From: Mantamonas sphyraenae STR306
Taxonomy: Eukaryota; Protista; CRuMs
NCBI GenBank assembly: GCA_026936335.1
Contig: JAPMXV010000055.1
Coordinates: 1-64,000, forward strand
Direction: 5' to 3'
Length of the DNA: 64,000 nucleotides
Part shown: one piece after another, positions 22,801 through 34,791 of the stretch
Layout of the letters: every line of letters begins with the position of its first letter
Position numbering within the stretch: the stretch's first letter is position 1
Notes under the pieces: generated by a model
Told to the model about the DNA's origin: nothing
The model's database searches: none
What the model saw: the letters and a program-made list of their open reading frames with translations, nothing else
Position numbers and translations under genes: made by a program

Positions 22801-23839
22801 GCATCGCCAAGCCGTCCGCGTCCTGCAAACAGACACCTACCAGCGCACCCTCGAGGAACAACAGATTCTCTACAATAGCCTACGTGGCTTCAAGGCATTT
22901 GAGAACGTCACCGAGTACCTTGCCCTTCAGCTGTGCAAAGTATGCTCCTACGAGCAGCACCCCGCAGGATCCACCGTGTTTTCCCAAGGCGATCCCGCCA
23001 CGGGCTGGTACATCGTCGTCAGCGGCTCTGTCAACGTCTTTGTCACAGACAAGTTCACCAACGTGCCCCACCTCGTCGCCGTGCTCGAACTCGGCACGGG
23101 CTTTGGCGAGCTCGGCATCATCCGCGCACAGCCCCGCGCTGCAACCATTGTCTGCGCAGAGCACACCGAACTCATCCGCATCACCAAGGAAGACTACGAG
23201 CGCATCCTCATGCTCACCAACGAACAGGAGAAGCGCATGGTCGCCCACTATCTGACCCAGCTCCCACTTTTCAAATCCTTCAGCAACGTCACCATCGGCC
23301 AGCTTGCAGACGTCATGAACGAAAAAACCTACAAAGCAGGTCAAACCATCCTTTGCGAGGGACAGCGGGTCGAGGGCCTCTACTACGTCAAATCGGGCGT
23401 CGTCCGCCTCCAGAGCAACGTCACCGTTCTCCGACGCAAGGCTTCCCATGGTGGCAACGTCGACCGCGAACACATCTTTCCCCAGGTCGAGGTGGTTGAC
23501 CGCGGCGTTGTCAAGCCCACAAACACGTTTGGCGAGTACGGCCTCTTCAACCACCTCGAGGCCGTTGTCACGGCCACTGCAAAGACAGACGTCACCCTCC
23601 TTGTTCTTAGTTCATACGACTTTCTCACCCATCTCAACGAGGACCAGTTCAAAGACCTCGCCAAGATCTACCGTCCTCTGACCCAACGCCAACTCGTCAT
23701 TGAGTTTATCCGCCAAGAACAGCGCAAGGCCTGGGCATCGTACAAGAGCCACATTGTCAGTGACATCATGCGCGAACATATTGGCCGCAAGCGCAAGAAC
23801 CGCGTCTTTGCAAGCAAAGAAGGGTTGTGGGGCGTGTGA
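19837..23839 (+). CDS. Large low-complexity protein with two C-terminal cyclic-nucleotide-binding domains; apparent frameshift near 22500
   Basis: VFSQGDPATGWYIVVSGSV, FGELGIIRAQPRAATI, ILCEGQRVEGLYYVKSG, TFGEYGL. Joining the two ORFs is inferred. Confidence 0.7.
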
Positions 23840-23864
23840 CCAGTGAGCAGTGAGCCCCAACGCA

Positions 23865-25057
23865 ATGAAATGGTTGAAATTCTCCGCGCTCGCTTTCTGC
23901 GTTGCGTTGCTGCTCCTGCCAGAGTCGGCAGCACTCAGAATTGGTCAGGTCACCGACCTGCACTGGAACCGCACCTACTCACCACAGTTTGGCAATGGCG
24001 ACTACGAGCATGACTCAGACGCAACGCTCATCCGCGAATCCCTCGCCGCCATGGCCGCCATGGATCTCGACTTTGTCCTGTGGACCGGGGATGACGTGGC
24101 ACACTACCTGTACAGCATGGACTCATGGCCCCTCGTCTCCCAAAGCATCTCGCAGACGACAGAATGGGTCCTCGAGGCGTTTGGCAGCAACGTCGTCCCG
24201 TCTCTCGGCAACCACGACGCCTTCCCCACAGACACACTCCAGATAGTGACGACAGAGTATACGCGCTCGTGAGCGACCTTTGGCAGCCATGGACCAATGC
24301 ATCGACGCTTCGCAAGCACGGCTACTTTCTCCAACCTCTCTCCGACCACCTGTCGGTCATTTCGCTCAACACCATCCTTTGGTACGCACCCAACAACGCC
24401 TCACAGGGCAATGATCCAGGGGGACAGTTTGCATGGCTTGAGGAGCAGTTTCAGGCGCATGAACGCTCGGGCAAACGCGTCCTCGTGATCGGCCACGTCC
24501 CACCCGGCGTCGACGAAAACTCGGGTCAAGGCAATCTTCGACCGGACTTCAACGCTCGCCTGTTGGCTATTCTGGCACAGTGGGCCGACACAATCTCCTT
24601 CTGTGCTTGGGGCCACACCCACACAGACTCTTTCCGCATCTTTCAGCCGACCATGTGGACCGCTCCGGCCGTGACCCCCTGGCGCAACCACTGGGACCCA
24701 CATGGGATTGGAAACAACCCTGGCCTTCGTGTGTTTGAAATCGACGATCGTACGGGCCACCTCTCCGACATTCTCCAACTCTGGGCCAATCTCACAGTCA
24801 CTCCGCTCACATTTCAGCCCGAGTACAGGCTAAATGAGCTCTTTGACATGCCCACAGGCTCTTTTGGCTCTGCATCCACCCTCGGGGCCATGGTGGACCA
24901 ACTGGAAGCCAACGCAACGCTTTTCGCTCGCTGGCAAGACGTCAACCACGTGCTCATCCGCCCGCAGCCCTCATGCGACTCTACCTGTGCCCGTGTCATG
25001 CTGTGTGCCATGCGGCATGTGGAGTACGGTCCCGCCTCGGCCTGCATTTCCGCTTGA
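23865..25057 (+). CDS. Secreted acid sphingomyelinase-like metallophosphodiesterase; one missing C at ~24240
   Basis: Signal peptide; metal-binding motifs DLH, WTGD, GNHD, GHVPPG, GHTH, NNPG. Confidence 0.9.
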
Positions 25058-25065
25058 TCTCCCTC

Positions 25066-26405
25066 TCAATACACCCCCGGAACCATTGTGTACGGCACCT
25101 TGCGCACATAGGCATCCCACAACTTGCCATACTTGGCTGCGCAACGAGCATTGTCGCGATTGGCACGCCACAGCAGCAGCAGGAACAGGTACGTTGGGTA
25201 CAGCCAGGTCACCAGCGGGCAAATGCCAGCCGTCGGCATCGAGTACGACAGCGCCAGCATGAGATCGCCTGTGTAGTTCGGCTTGCGCACGACTCCCCAC
25301 AGACCGGACACGAGCAAGCGGCCGCCGATCGTCTCTGCCTTCTGGCCAAACACCTTGCCCGTCGTCTTGAACGAGTCCTTCTGCAGGTTGCCCGTGCGGA
25401 ACACAAAGTAGCCCTCCATAAACATTGCCAGCGTCATTGCCAGCCATCCAAACGACATCGTGGCATCAGCATCCGCCTTGAGCAGGAAGAACGGTTGCAC
25501 CGCAAAGCTGAACGAGATCCAAAAGTAGTCGCCCCACACCAGCATCAGCCCAAAGTGCTCGGCAATGATGTCCCACGTGGACAGCATCGAACGCTCCATG
25601 TAATAGTAGTCGAACGAGTACCAGAACGTAAACGCTTGGTAAAGCCACATCGGCAGTGACAGCCCGCCCGTCGTCACCCACTGCTCGTGGGCAACGCTCA
25701 GGTTGATCAAAATCCAGCCCGTCATCGCAGGCTTCAGGCTGAACATCTTCAGGTCCATGCCAAACACCTCTGGGTTCAGCTGCACGCCAAACACAAAGTC
25801 GTTCAGGAAGCCCTCCGACGGACCCTCCGTGCCACGGCCCACCAAATACAGGTACACCGACAGCACAATGGAAAACAGGTTCACCACTGCTGCCAGTGGG
25901 CCCACTTCCCTGTAGATCCACGACCCGTCAATCGTCTTGGTCGCCGACGCCCACACAAACGCTCCAACCGTCACCAGGAACACAAGCAGGCCATTCAGCT
26001 TATACCACCGCCTCTTTCCGTTCAAACGATCCAAAGGCTGACCTTGGGCCATCTGCCCAGGCAGCACCAGCGTCAACACGTACATCCACGCCAGGTAGCC
26101 TGCATACGCTCCGGCCTGCCCTCCGAACACCACATTTGACATTGACCCATCGCCCCATCCATTCCCACGCCACACACAAACACAGCCCCTCCTTTCGTGT
26201 TAGTTTCCCGCTTCTGCATTCCCTCTCTCTGCACTGCCGCGTGCGGTTTCTGCCTTGCGATTGCTCTCTGCTCTCGCATGTCACCCCGCGTCCCACGGCC
26301 CGTTTCCCTTTCCCTCTTTGCTGCACCTACCGCCTCCCACGTCGGCTGCGTCAAATACCACAGGCCTGTGCGCACGTGCTCCCAGTTCTCAGCCAAAAGG
26401 TCCAT
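25066..26405 (-). CDS. ERG24: Sterol C14 reductase (ERG24/FACKEL type); intron 26116-26330
   Basis: LLVSGLWGVVRKPNYTGD, RDNARCAAKYG..W..Y..KVPY, WDIIAEHFGLMLVWGD. Exon 1 (MDLLAEN...PTWEA) splices in frame. Confidence 0.88.
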
Positions 26406-26489
26406 GTCCTTTGTCTGTGGGGTTCTGGTTTCAAACACTTGCCTCTGCGCGCGCAGCGCGATTCACCCCAACCCGTCCCACTGCTTCCC

Positions 26490-27586
26490 ATGTCCTCCTC
26501 CTCCTCCTCCTCCTCCAGTACAACTACCGCCCCGTCCTCGTCCAAGAATAACTCGGAGAGAAGCTCCAGGATGCGCGAGGTGGGCGCTGTGATCAACGTC
26601 TTTCGCCTTGGCGACGCCCACCTCGTCTTTAACGTCGACGACGCTTACACACTGCGCCGCAGACATCGTATCGTTGGGGCCCTGGTCGGAACCATGGCTG
26701 TCCACCCGTCTCAGAACCAGAGCCTTTCGCTGCCGCTTCGCCTTTCGCCCGAAGAGTCCACCTCGGAGTGCGGGAGGGCTTCATGGCCTTGCGCGACGAC
26801 TCGTCGCTTTCTCTTGACATCGACGACTCACTCTTGCAGCACCAGGCTGCTTGCGACGCCGAGGACTTGGAACTGTACATCTCGCTGGCACTGCGCCGCA
26901 TCGAGCAAAAGCGCCAAGAAAGCGAGCGTCTGCGCAAAGATCAGGACGGCACACGTGACGAAGCAAAGAGAGCAAGTGTCTCTCTCACACAAGAGCAGAC
27001 TGAAGCAGAAGAGCAGGAGGAAAGTCCGGCCACGCGCAGGCAAACACGGGCCAGCAAGCGAAAGCGAGACGACACCGCCGACAACGACAACGACACCGAC
27101 ACCGACATTCAGCACCACGACCTGGCATCCAGCAACGCGCAACACAATCAGGATTCACAGGACGCCGAGGCGGCCGCCAAGCGACAGCGAGTCATCGAAA
27201 CGCGCTTTGAGCACATCCACGACGATCTGCCACACGCCCTCAAACCCGCCTTGAACATGCTCCCCGTGATCGACCCTCCCCCTCTCACTTCGCAACATGC
27301 CAAGGCGCGCTTTGCTGTGTTCCACGATCTCTGGCGCCGTGGCCTTTTCCTCACCTCAGCCTCAAAGTTTGGCGGTGACTACCTCGTCTACCCGGCCGAC
27401 CCCATGGGGTTCCACTCCCACTTTCTCGTCGTTGTACAGGGTCTCCATGACCAATTCTCTCCCCTTGACATTGTTTCCTTTGCTCGCCTCGGCCTCAGCG
27501 TCAAAAAGGCCGCTGTCCTTGCCAGCGTCGACCCAGACACAATGGCCATCCGCTACACCAGCATTGAGTACTACGGAGGCACATAG
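26490..27586 (+). CDS. TSEN34: tRNA splicing endonuclease subunit Sen34; one missing C at ~26762
   Basis: LRRRHRIVGALVGT, LPLRLSPEE, KFGGDYLVYPADPMGFHSHF, RLGLSVKK. Confidence 0.9.
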
Positions 27587-27644
27587 CATGGCACAGCATT
27601 CATCATGTACAGTTTTACATTCTCCTCGACCAATCGTGCACCAG

Positions 27645-28802
27645 TCACGCGACGGTGTCACGCAGCGCCTGCAGCCACTCCACACCCACCCTGTCCATCA
27701 ACGTCTCTCCGCCCACCCACAGCCCCTCGCAGAACGCCACATGGCCGCCTCGAGCCGTCACAGCCAGCACGGTGTGCTCGTTTGCCTGAAAAGCCGTGTA
27801 CGGGATCGCTTCGGGCGTCGTCATAGGATCATTGGCCGCATTCAGGAACAATGTGGGCACCTTCACCCCATGAAGAATGTTGGTCACACTGATGCACGCG
27901 TAAAACTCCTCCAGCGACTCGAAACCAAACAAATGCACTGTGAACGCTTCGTCAAACTGGGCAATTGTCGTCGCCGCCATCACCTCATCCACAGACGGAA
28001 CCACCTCTTCAAATTCGTGGCGCACGTGTGGATTGCTGCGAACAATCTCCTTCAGTTCCTCCGTCAGTGGCTGCGCGTACAGCTTCCACGGCAGCCAGCT
28101 GTCCAGTGCCTCCTTGCTGCTCATCGCATTCATCACATTGCTGATGGACAGTGCCCCCTTCACCGGGGTGTTGCTCCCCACCTCACTCAGGTATCGCGTC
28201 ATGATCATCGACCCCAGCGAAAACCCCGCCAGGTACAGCTCCGCCTCAGGAAACGCCTCGCTCACTCGCTGCACCACACACCGGATATCGGTCGTGTCTG
28301 CCGCACAGTACGCTTTGAACGTCGTCAGAGGCACCCCTCCACGTCCTCGAAAGTTGAACACGCAGCACCGAAACTCGTGCTCCCCCAGCCTCTGCACAAG
28401 GTGCTGCACGTACGGCTCTGCGCTCGACCCTGTGATTCCATGAAGTACAATCACCACTGCCCGACGTGCGTCACGTTCCTTGTCCAGCAACACCTGTCCG
28501 TGCTCCCAGTCCAGCGCAATCTGACCTCCGTCCGCCGTCTCGATCACCTCGCGCTCATACGTCAAACCCGGAGCACGTCGCAGCAGCGCCGTCGCCACCG
28601 TGGACATGTTGGCACTGCTTGCCCAGAATGTCGGGTAGTACACCTCGTGCAGGCTCCTGCACCGGCCAAGCAGCTCGCGATTGCGTTCTGTGTCCCGAAA
28701 CACAAGCCGCGGCTTCTTCGCAACCACCAGCAAATAGTATGCCAGCCACGCTCCAACCAAAACGCCCACACCAATCAGCCACCCCTCTGTTTCTGGATCC
28801 AT
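27645..28802 (-). CDS. ABHD1/2/3 (YheT/Eht1)-type alpha/beta hydrolase, copy 1
   Basis: DGGQIALDW, LHGITGSS, FNFRG, nucleophile GFSLG, NAANDP, GGHVAF. Confidence 0.9.
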   Translation of the reverse strand: MDPETEGWLIGVGVLVGAWLAYYLLVVAKKPRLVFRDTERNRELLGRCRSLHEVYYPTFWASSANMSTVATALLRRAPGLTYEREVIETADGGQIALDWEHGQVLLDKERDARRAVVIVLHGITGSSAEPYVQHLVQRLGEHEFRCCVFNFRGRGGVPLTTFKAYCAADTTDIRCVVQRVSEAFPEAELYLAGFSLGSMIMTRYLSEVGSNTPVKGALSISNVMNAMSSKEALDSWLPWKLYAQPLTEELKEIVRSNPHVRHEFEEVVPSVDEVMAATTIAQFDEAFTVHLFGFESLEEFYACISVTNILHGVKVPTLFLNAANDPMTTPEAIPYTAFQANEHTVLAVTARGGHVAFCEGLWVGGETLMDRVGVEWLQALRDTVA

Positions 28803-28830
28803 TTTGTCTTGGCTCCCTTGTCGCCCGCCC

Positions 28831-30069
28831 TCACCTTCTCTCACTCTCACGCAGCGCCTGCAGCCACTCCACGCCCACCCTGTCCATCAGCGTCTCTCCG
28901 TCTGGCCACAATCCCTCACAGAACGCCACATGGCCGCCTCGAGCCGTCACAGCCAGCACCGTGTGCTCGTTTGCCTGAACCGCCGTGTACGGGATCGCTT
29001 CGGGCTTCGTCATAGGATCATCTTCTGCATTCAGGAACAGTGTGGGTACTTTCACACCATGCACCAGATTGGCCGCGCTCGCGTTGGAGTAATATTCCTC
29101 GACGGACTCAAATCCAAACACATGGATCGTTGCGCGCTCGTCAAACTCCTTCACTGTCGTTGCCGCCATCACCTCATCCACGGATGGCAACACCTCTTCC
29201 AGCTCTCCACGCACGTGTGGATTGCTGCGAACAATCTCCTTCAACTGGTCCGCCATTCGCGTGTTGTACAAAAAGTGCGACCAGAACCCATGCATCGCCT
29301 CACTTGCATCCATGAGGTTCATCACATTGCTGATGGACAGTGCCCCCTTCACCGGGGTGTTGCTCCCCACCTCACTCAGGTACCGTGTCATGATCATCGA
29401 CCCCAGCGAAAACCCCGCCAGGTACAGCTCCGCCTCAGGAAACGCCTCGCTCACTCGCTGCACCACACACCGGATATCGGTCGTGTCTGCCGCACAGTAC
29501 GCTTTGAACGTCGTCAGAGGCACCCCTCCACGTCCTCGAAAGTTGAACACGCAGCACCGAAACTCGTGCTCCCCCAGCCTCTGCACAAGGTGCTGCACGT
29601 ACGGCTCTGCGCTCGACCCTGTGATTCCATGCAGTACAATCACCACAGCCCGACGTGCGTCACGTTCCTTGTCCAGCAACACCTGTCCGTGCTCCCAGTC
29701 CAGCGCAATCTGACCTCCGTCCGCCGTCTCGATCACCTCGCGCTCATACGTCAAACCCGGAGCACGTCGCAGCAGCGCCGTCGCCACCGTGGACATATTG
29801 GCACTGCTTGCCCAGAATGTCGGGTAGTACACCTCGTGCAGGCTCCTGCACCGGCCAAGCAGCTCGCGATTGCGTTCTGTGTCCCGAAACACAAGCCGCG
29901 GCTTCTTCGCAACCACCAGCAAATAGTATGCCAGCCACACCAGCAAGACAGGCAAACAAAGCATCAAAAACGCCCCGATGGCTGCTGCCACTGCCACCAG
30001 CACAGGGGAGAACACAATCGCCGCCCACGCAGCCGCAAAGGCCACCAAAGTTTTGCGCGTGCTTGTCAT
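28831..30069 (-). CDS. ABHD1/2/3-type alpha/beta hydrolase, copy 2, with a longer hydrophobic N-terminus
   Basis: Same catalytic motifs; tandem duplicate offset by ~1189 bp. Confidence 0.9.
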   Translation of the reverse strand: MTSTRKTLVAFAAAWAAIVFSPVLVAVAAAIGAFLMLCLPVLLVWLAYYLLVVAKKPRLVFRDTERNRELLGRCRSLHEVYYPTFWASSANMSTVATALLRRAPGLTYEREVIETADGGQIALDWEHGQVLLDKERDARRAVVIVLHGITGSSAEPYVQHLVQRLGEHEFRCCVFNFRGRGGVPLTTFKAYCAADTTDIRCVVQRVSEAFPEAELYLAGFSLGSMIMTRYLSEVGSNTPVKGALSISNVMNLMDASEAMHGFWSHFLYNTRMADQLKEIVRSNPHVRGELEEVLPSVDEVMAATTVKEFDERATIHVFGFESVEEYYSNASAANLVHGVKVPTLFLNAEDDPMTKPEAIPYTAVQANEHTVLAVTARGGHVAFCEGLWPDGETLMDRVGVEWLQALRESERR

Positions 30070-30118
30070 GTTGGCCGAGGAAGCGGACGACGTGCAGCAA
30101 GCACTCACCGACGACCAA

Positions 30119-33100
30119 ATGGACAGTCAAGACCCAGAGGAGCAGTCGCTTGGCGAAATACCCCACTTCTCTTCGTGGCCCGCCTCCCACCCAAAGTTCA
30201 CCGCTCTCCGCGACGAGGCCAAAGTCGCTGTCATTCACGACCTCCTTCGCAGCCACGAGCCCACCAACCCGTTCGAGGAGCACATCGACTACGTCGTCAC
30301 CTACGACATCGTCTCTTCCAAGGATGGCAACCTCAAACCCGCCCAGGTCGAGGACGCCAAACGCTCCAAAGTCCTTCGCGACATCTACTTTGGCATTCTC
30401 AAACACAACGGCGTCATCCTTCGCGAAGAGAGCTCCAATGACGGCCAGACCGTCTTTGTCCACATCTACATGCCCATGCACATCCTCATCCATGAGGCCG
30501 AGCGCATGAACTACAGAATGCCCCTCAAGGTCAGTTTTGCGTCCGTCCGTTTCGCGAACACACAACCCGACGCGCTTCCACCCTCCTCCCCTGTCCACGC
30601 CTTCCGACCCCCAATTCCCGTCCCACCCAACCTCCCAACACCACACTGTCCACCCCTCCCCCCTTCTCCCCTTCCCCCCCTTCCCCTCTCCCCTCTGCCC
30701 ACTCACACCGCCTTCCTCCCATCACCGCTTCCAAAATCCTCCGCCCCACACCTCTCCAGCCTCCACCAGGCACTCCCGACGACGAGAAACTCTCGTTCCG
30801 CTACTCCGCACCGTTCACTGTCATCCAGTACATGCAGTTCCAAGGCTTTGACGAACCCATGCAGTTCTTTAGCCAGGCCGTTCGCTCTTTTCTCACACGC
30901 AGCATCCTGCTCAATGTCCTCTTCTTCAAACCCATGTGGATTCCCGAAATCTGGGACAAGCTGTGTTGCTGCACCCCCGGCCACGATACCTCGGACGGCT
31001 CCAATCACGCACCGGTCAACGTCGATGCCGCCTTTGATGCCTTTCACAACGTCTCCAACCCTAGGCCCGTCACCGACGAGGAGCGCGTCCGCAGCAAGAA
31101 GCGCCTTGTAGCAAAGCAAAAGACTGCCCTCCGCACCGCGTCCGATAGCCGCACAGAACGGAAAAAGATTGGCATCGCATGGCTTGTCGCCCAGGGCCAC
31201 ATCAAGCAGTGGTTTCCCCTACACAGCGACCCCCGTCGCGAACTCAGCAGTCCAGACGGCACAGACGTATGGAAGTACGGCTATGGCTTCCTCCCGGACG
31301 GACGCAAATGGTACGTCACTCGGTCGTGGCTCAAGGACCACTGGGCCTTTCCCTCCTGGAAGGCCCTCCTTGCCCAAACACAGCCCATTTTTGCTATTCG
31401 CACCTACTTTGGCGAAAAGATTGCCCTCTACTTTGCTTGGCTCGGCTTCTACACCCACTGGCTCTGGTTCCCGGCCCTCCTCGGACTCGCAACCTACCTC
31501 ACCTCTGTCGGCGAGAGCAACGGCAAGAGCGTCGACTCTTCCATGACCATCCCCTACTGTGTATTCATTTGCGTTTGGAGTACGTGCCACCCCCCCCCCC
31601 CCCGCTTTCCCAGCCAGCCCCCAACCTGGCGTACTCACTCACACTCCCCTCGCCGCGCAGCAACCCTCTTTCTCGAATTCTGGAAGCGGAAACGCGCCCG
31701 CATTGCATACGAGTTTGAAGTCATGGATTGGGAAGAGAACGAACCCAACAGACCCGAGTTTTACGGTGATTGGCGCACGTCGCCCATCACAGGCGAGCGT
31801 GAACTCTACTACCCGACCTGGAAGCGCATGCTCAAGTACGCCTCTGGTGGCGCGGGCATCGCCTTTATGGTTTCGGTCGTCATCATCACCGTCCTGGGCA
31901 TCCTCATCTACCGCATTGTCGCACGCGACTTTGACCCACTCGGCTCCGGCATTTCTGCAGGCGTCATGAACGCCCTCTCCATCTCCATCCTCAACTACCT
32001 CTACCAAACCCTCGCCGTGCGACTCAATGACTGGGAGAACCACCAGACCCAGACCGAGTACGAGGACAAACTCATCGCAAAGACCTTTGTCTTCCAGTTC
32101 ATCAATTCCTACATCTCTCTCTTTTACATCGCCTTCTTCAAGTCCAACGCAGAGCTCCTCGGCGTGCCCGATCGCTGCATCAACGAAGACTGCCTCACCG
32201 AGCTTTCCTCCCAGCTCGGCTCCATCCTCATTACCAAGCAGCTCGTCGGCAACCTGCAAGAGGTCGCCTTTCCGGCCATCAAGAGCTTCTTCCGCCGACG
32301 GTGCCACGAGACAGGCGACGTCTCCATGAAACAATGGGAGGTCGAGTCCACTCTCGAGCCATTTGGAGGCACCTTTGACGAGATGCTCGAGATGGTCATC
32401 CAGTTTGGGTACATCACCCTCTTTGTCGCCGCCTTTCCGCTCGCCCCGGCCCTCGCTCTCCTCAACAACCTCATCGAGATGCGTTCCGACGCCTACAAGC
32501 TGCTTTCCTCCCATCAACGCCCTGCCGCCGACCGTGCTGAGGACCTTGGCAGCTGGTACGGCATCCTCAACGCCATCAGCGTCATCGGCGTCCTCACAAA
32601 CGCCCTTGTCATTGCCTTTACCTCCAACCAGCTCGAAGTGACTCTTGAGTGGCGCTTCTGGACTGTGTTTATCTTTGAGCATTCTGTGCTGCTCCTCAAG
32701 GTGGTCATTTCCGAGCTCATTCCCGACGTGCCCGGCGACATCCAGGAGGAGCTGGAGAAGCAGGAGTACCAGATGCAGGTGGCCCTGGAAGACATCAAGG
32801 GCATTCATCACTTTGAAAACGACATGGACATGGTGTGGAACCCAGACGACCCCACTTTTGAAACCGTGCAGCGCGAGGTGGTGGGCACAAACTTTCATCC
32901 CAAGGAAGTGCTCATGCTCTACCCACATGAGGTGGTTGGCGACGTGGCCGCACTGCTGGCTAGCCAGCAAGAAGCCATGGACATGGAGGCCCAGACAGAC
33001 GAACACGGCAACCCCCTTCCGCCGCATCTGCGCAACGCACACAACCACGAGCGCAAGACAAGCACCGACATGCGCGCTGCAAAACACTCCACCAGCGTAC

Positions 33101-33651
33101 TCAAGGCCAAGTTGGAACAGAAGCGCCGCGACAAAACACGAAAAGAGCACATTGAAATGAGCACCATGGGCGGTGCCAACTTTGGCTCGGGCAACCTCGA
33201 CGAGTACAAGACGTCCCATCGCGACCGTGCACCCAGCGACGCCAGCGAGTCCATGCCGCGTGAGAGCCTCGAGTCTGGACGTCACAGCGTCACCAGCGAA
33301 ACCTCGCGCACAAGCAAGGCGTCGCGCACCAGCAAGGCGTCGCGCACCAGCAAGGCCACAACACGCACCAAGCGCAGCAACAGCAGCGGCACAGAAACCG
33401 TGGTCACGGAAGAGGATGGCGTGCGCACCACCACCACCACCAGCATTGTCGTAGGCGAGGATGGAAAGAAGCGACGCATCAAGCGCATCGTCCGCAGCAA
33501 GACGGTCAAGGCCAGCGGGAAGAAAGGCAGCGATTCGTCAAGCACAGCCTCTTCCTCCTCCTCGACTGCGGCCAGCATGAAGCGCAGCAACACCACAGCC
33601 ACGGGAGCCCGGCCTCGCGGCAAACCCAATGGCAAACCGCCCAAAAACTGA
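30119..33651 (+). CDS. Anoctamin/TMEM16 family channel or scramblase; introns 30530-30759 and 31580-31660; alternative start 30068
   Basis: IRTYFGEKIALYFAWLGFYT, LEFWKRK, ENHQTQTEYED, EMVIQFGYITLF, NNLIEMRSDAYK. Confidence 0.93.
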
Positions 33652-33690
33652 AAATGAAACTGCAACTTCCCATTCTTCTCCACACCCACA

Positions 33691-34736
33691 TCACTCGTCG
33701 CTTGTCTTTGCATGCTTGATGAGCCACTTGAGCACGTCATCCACTCCGACGTCGTTCTTGGCACTGGTGCCCATGCAGGCGACCTCGCGGTCGTCGATGC
33801 CTTCCAACTCGCTGCGCGCATGGGATGGAGCGTGAGTGTGTGAGACCATGTGTGCATAGAGCCGCGCGTCGCTCATGTCTCACTGCGCAACATACAAATA
33901 CTCAATCACTTCCTTGGGCGACATGGCCTCGTCCAAATCCTGCTTGTTTGCAACAACCAGCAGCGGGATGTTGATGAGTTCTGGAACGCCTATGAGCTCG
34001 TACAGCTCCTTTTTGGATTCGTCCATCTTTTCTTGGTCCGCCGCATCCATCACAAACACAATGGCGTCTGTGGAGCGTGCGTACTGTGGCCACATGTGTC
34101 GGAACCGGCTCTGTCCGCCAATGTCCCATGCCTTGATGCTCACTGCCCCCTTGGTGACCTTGCGACTGTTGAATCCGATCGTGGGGATCAGGTTTTCGTT
34201 GTTCTGCTTCTCGCCCTGTATGTGGTGGGGGGGGGGTGTTTGCCCAAACACAAATCAGTTCTTCCGCCTCACCGCCTCATTTCCCCTCCCAGCCGCCGCA
34301 CGCCTGAGCCTCGGTGCCCGCGCATCTCGTTCGCCTCCCGTCTCATCTCAACGTACCACAATCACACTACGGTGGCCATGTGCAATCCATGCGTGCCAGC
34401 ATCCACGTCGTGACACGTGCCGTTGTGTTGTTCCGTGGTCGTCGTTCACGCGCAAACGACGCACCACCCGCAGCGTGTTTTCGTCCCGCGTCAGCTCATT
34501 GCCACGATCATGCCACTCGCACGGCGTACCCAATCCACGCCGCGATGCCAATTGTATCGCCTGCATCATGGTACCCAGCATACACACTCGCAACGCGGCC
34601 AAACTCACTTCAGCAGGGTTGTCTTGCCCGAGTTCTGCAGACCCAGCAGCGCCAGCTCCAGGTTCTGGTCCCAGAACAGCGATCGGATCCAGTTGACAAA
34701 GTCGTCCCACCACTGGAAACCTCCAGACGAGCTCAT
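33691..34736 (-). CDS. ARL8: ARL8 small GTPase; exons 34736-34609, 34366-34357 (10-nt microexon), 34215-33896, 33811-33691
   Basis: [40 protein letters not shown]. Confidence 0.9.
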
Positions 34737-34791
34737 GAGATGTTTTTGTTTTCTTTTTGCCAGCCGGCCGCACGCCACACCGCACACACAC

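Noticed and set aside
26073-26438. Separate small gene upstream of the sterol reductase
   Set aside because: It is exon 1 plus the intron of the ERG24-like gene
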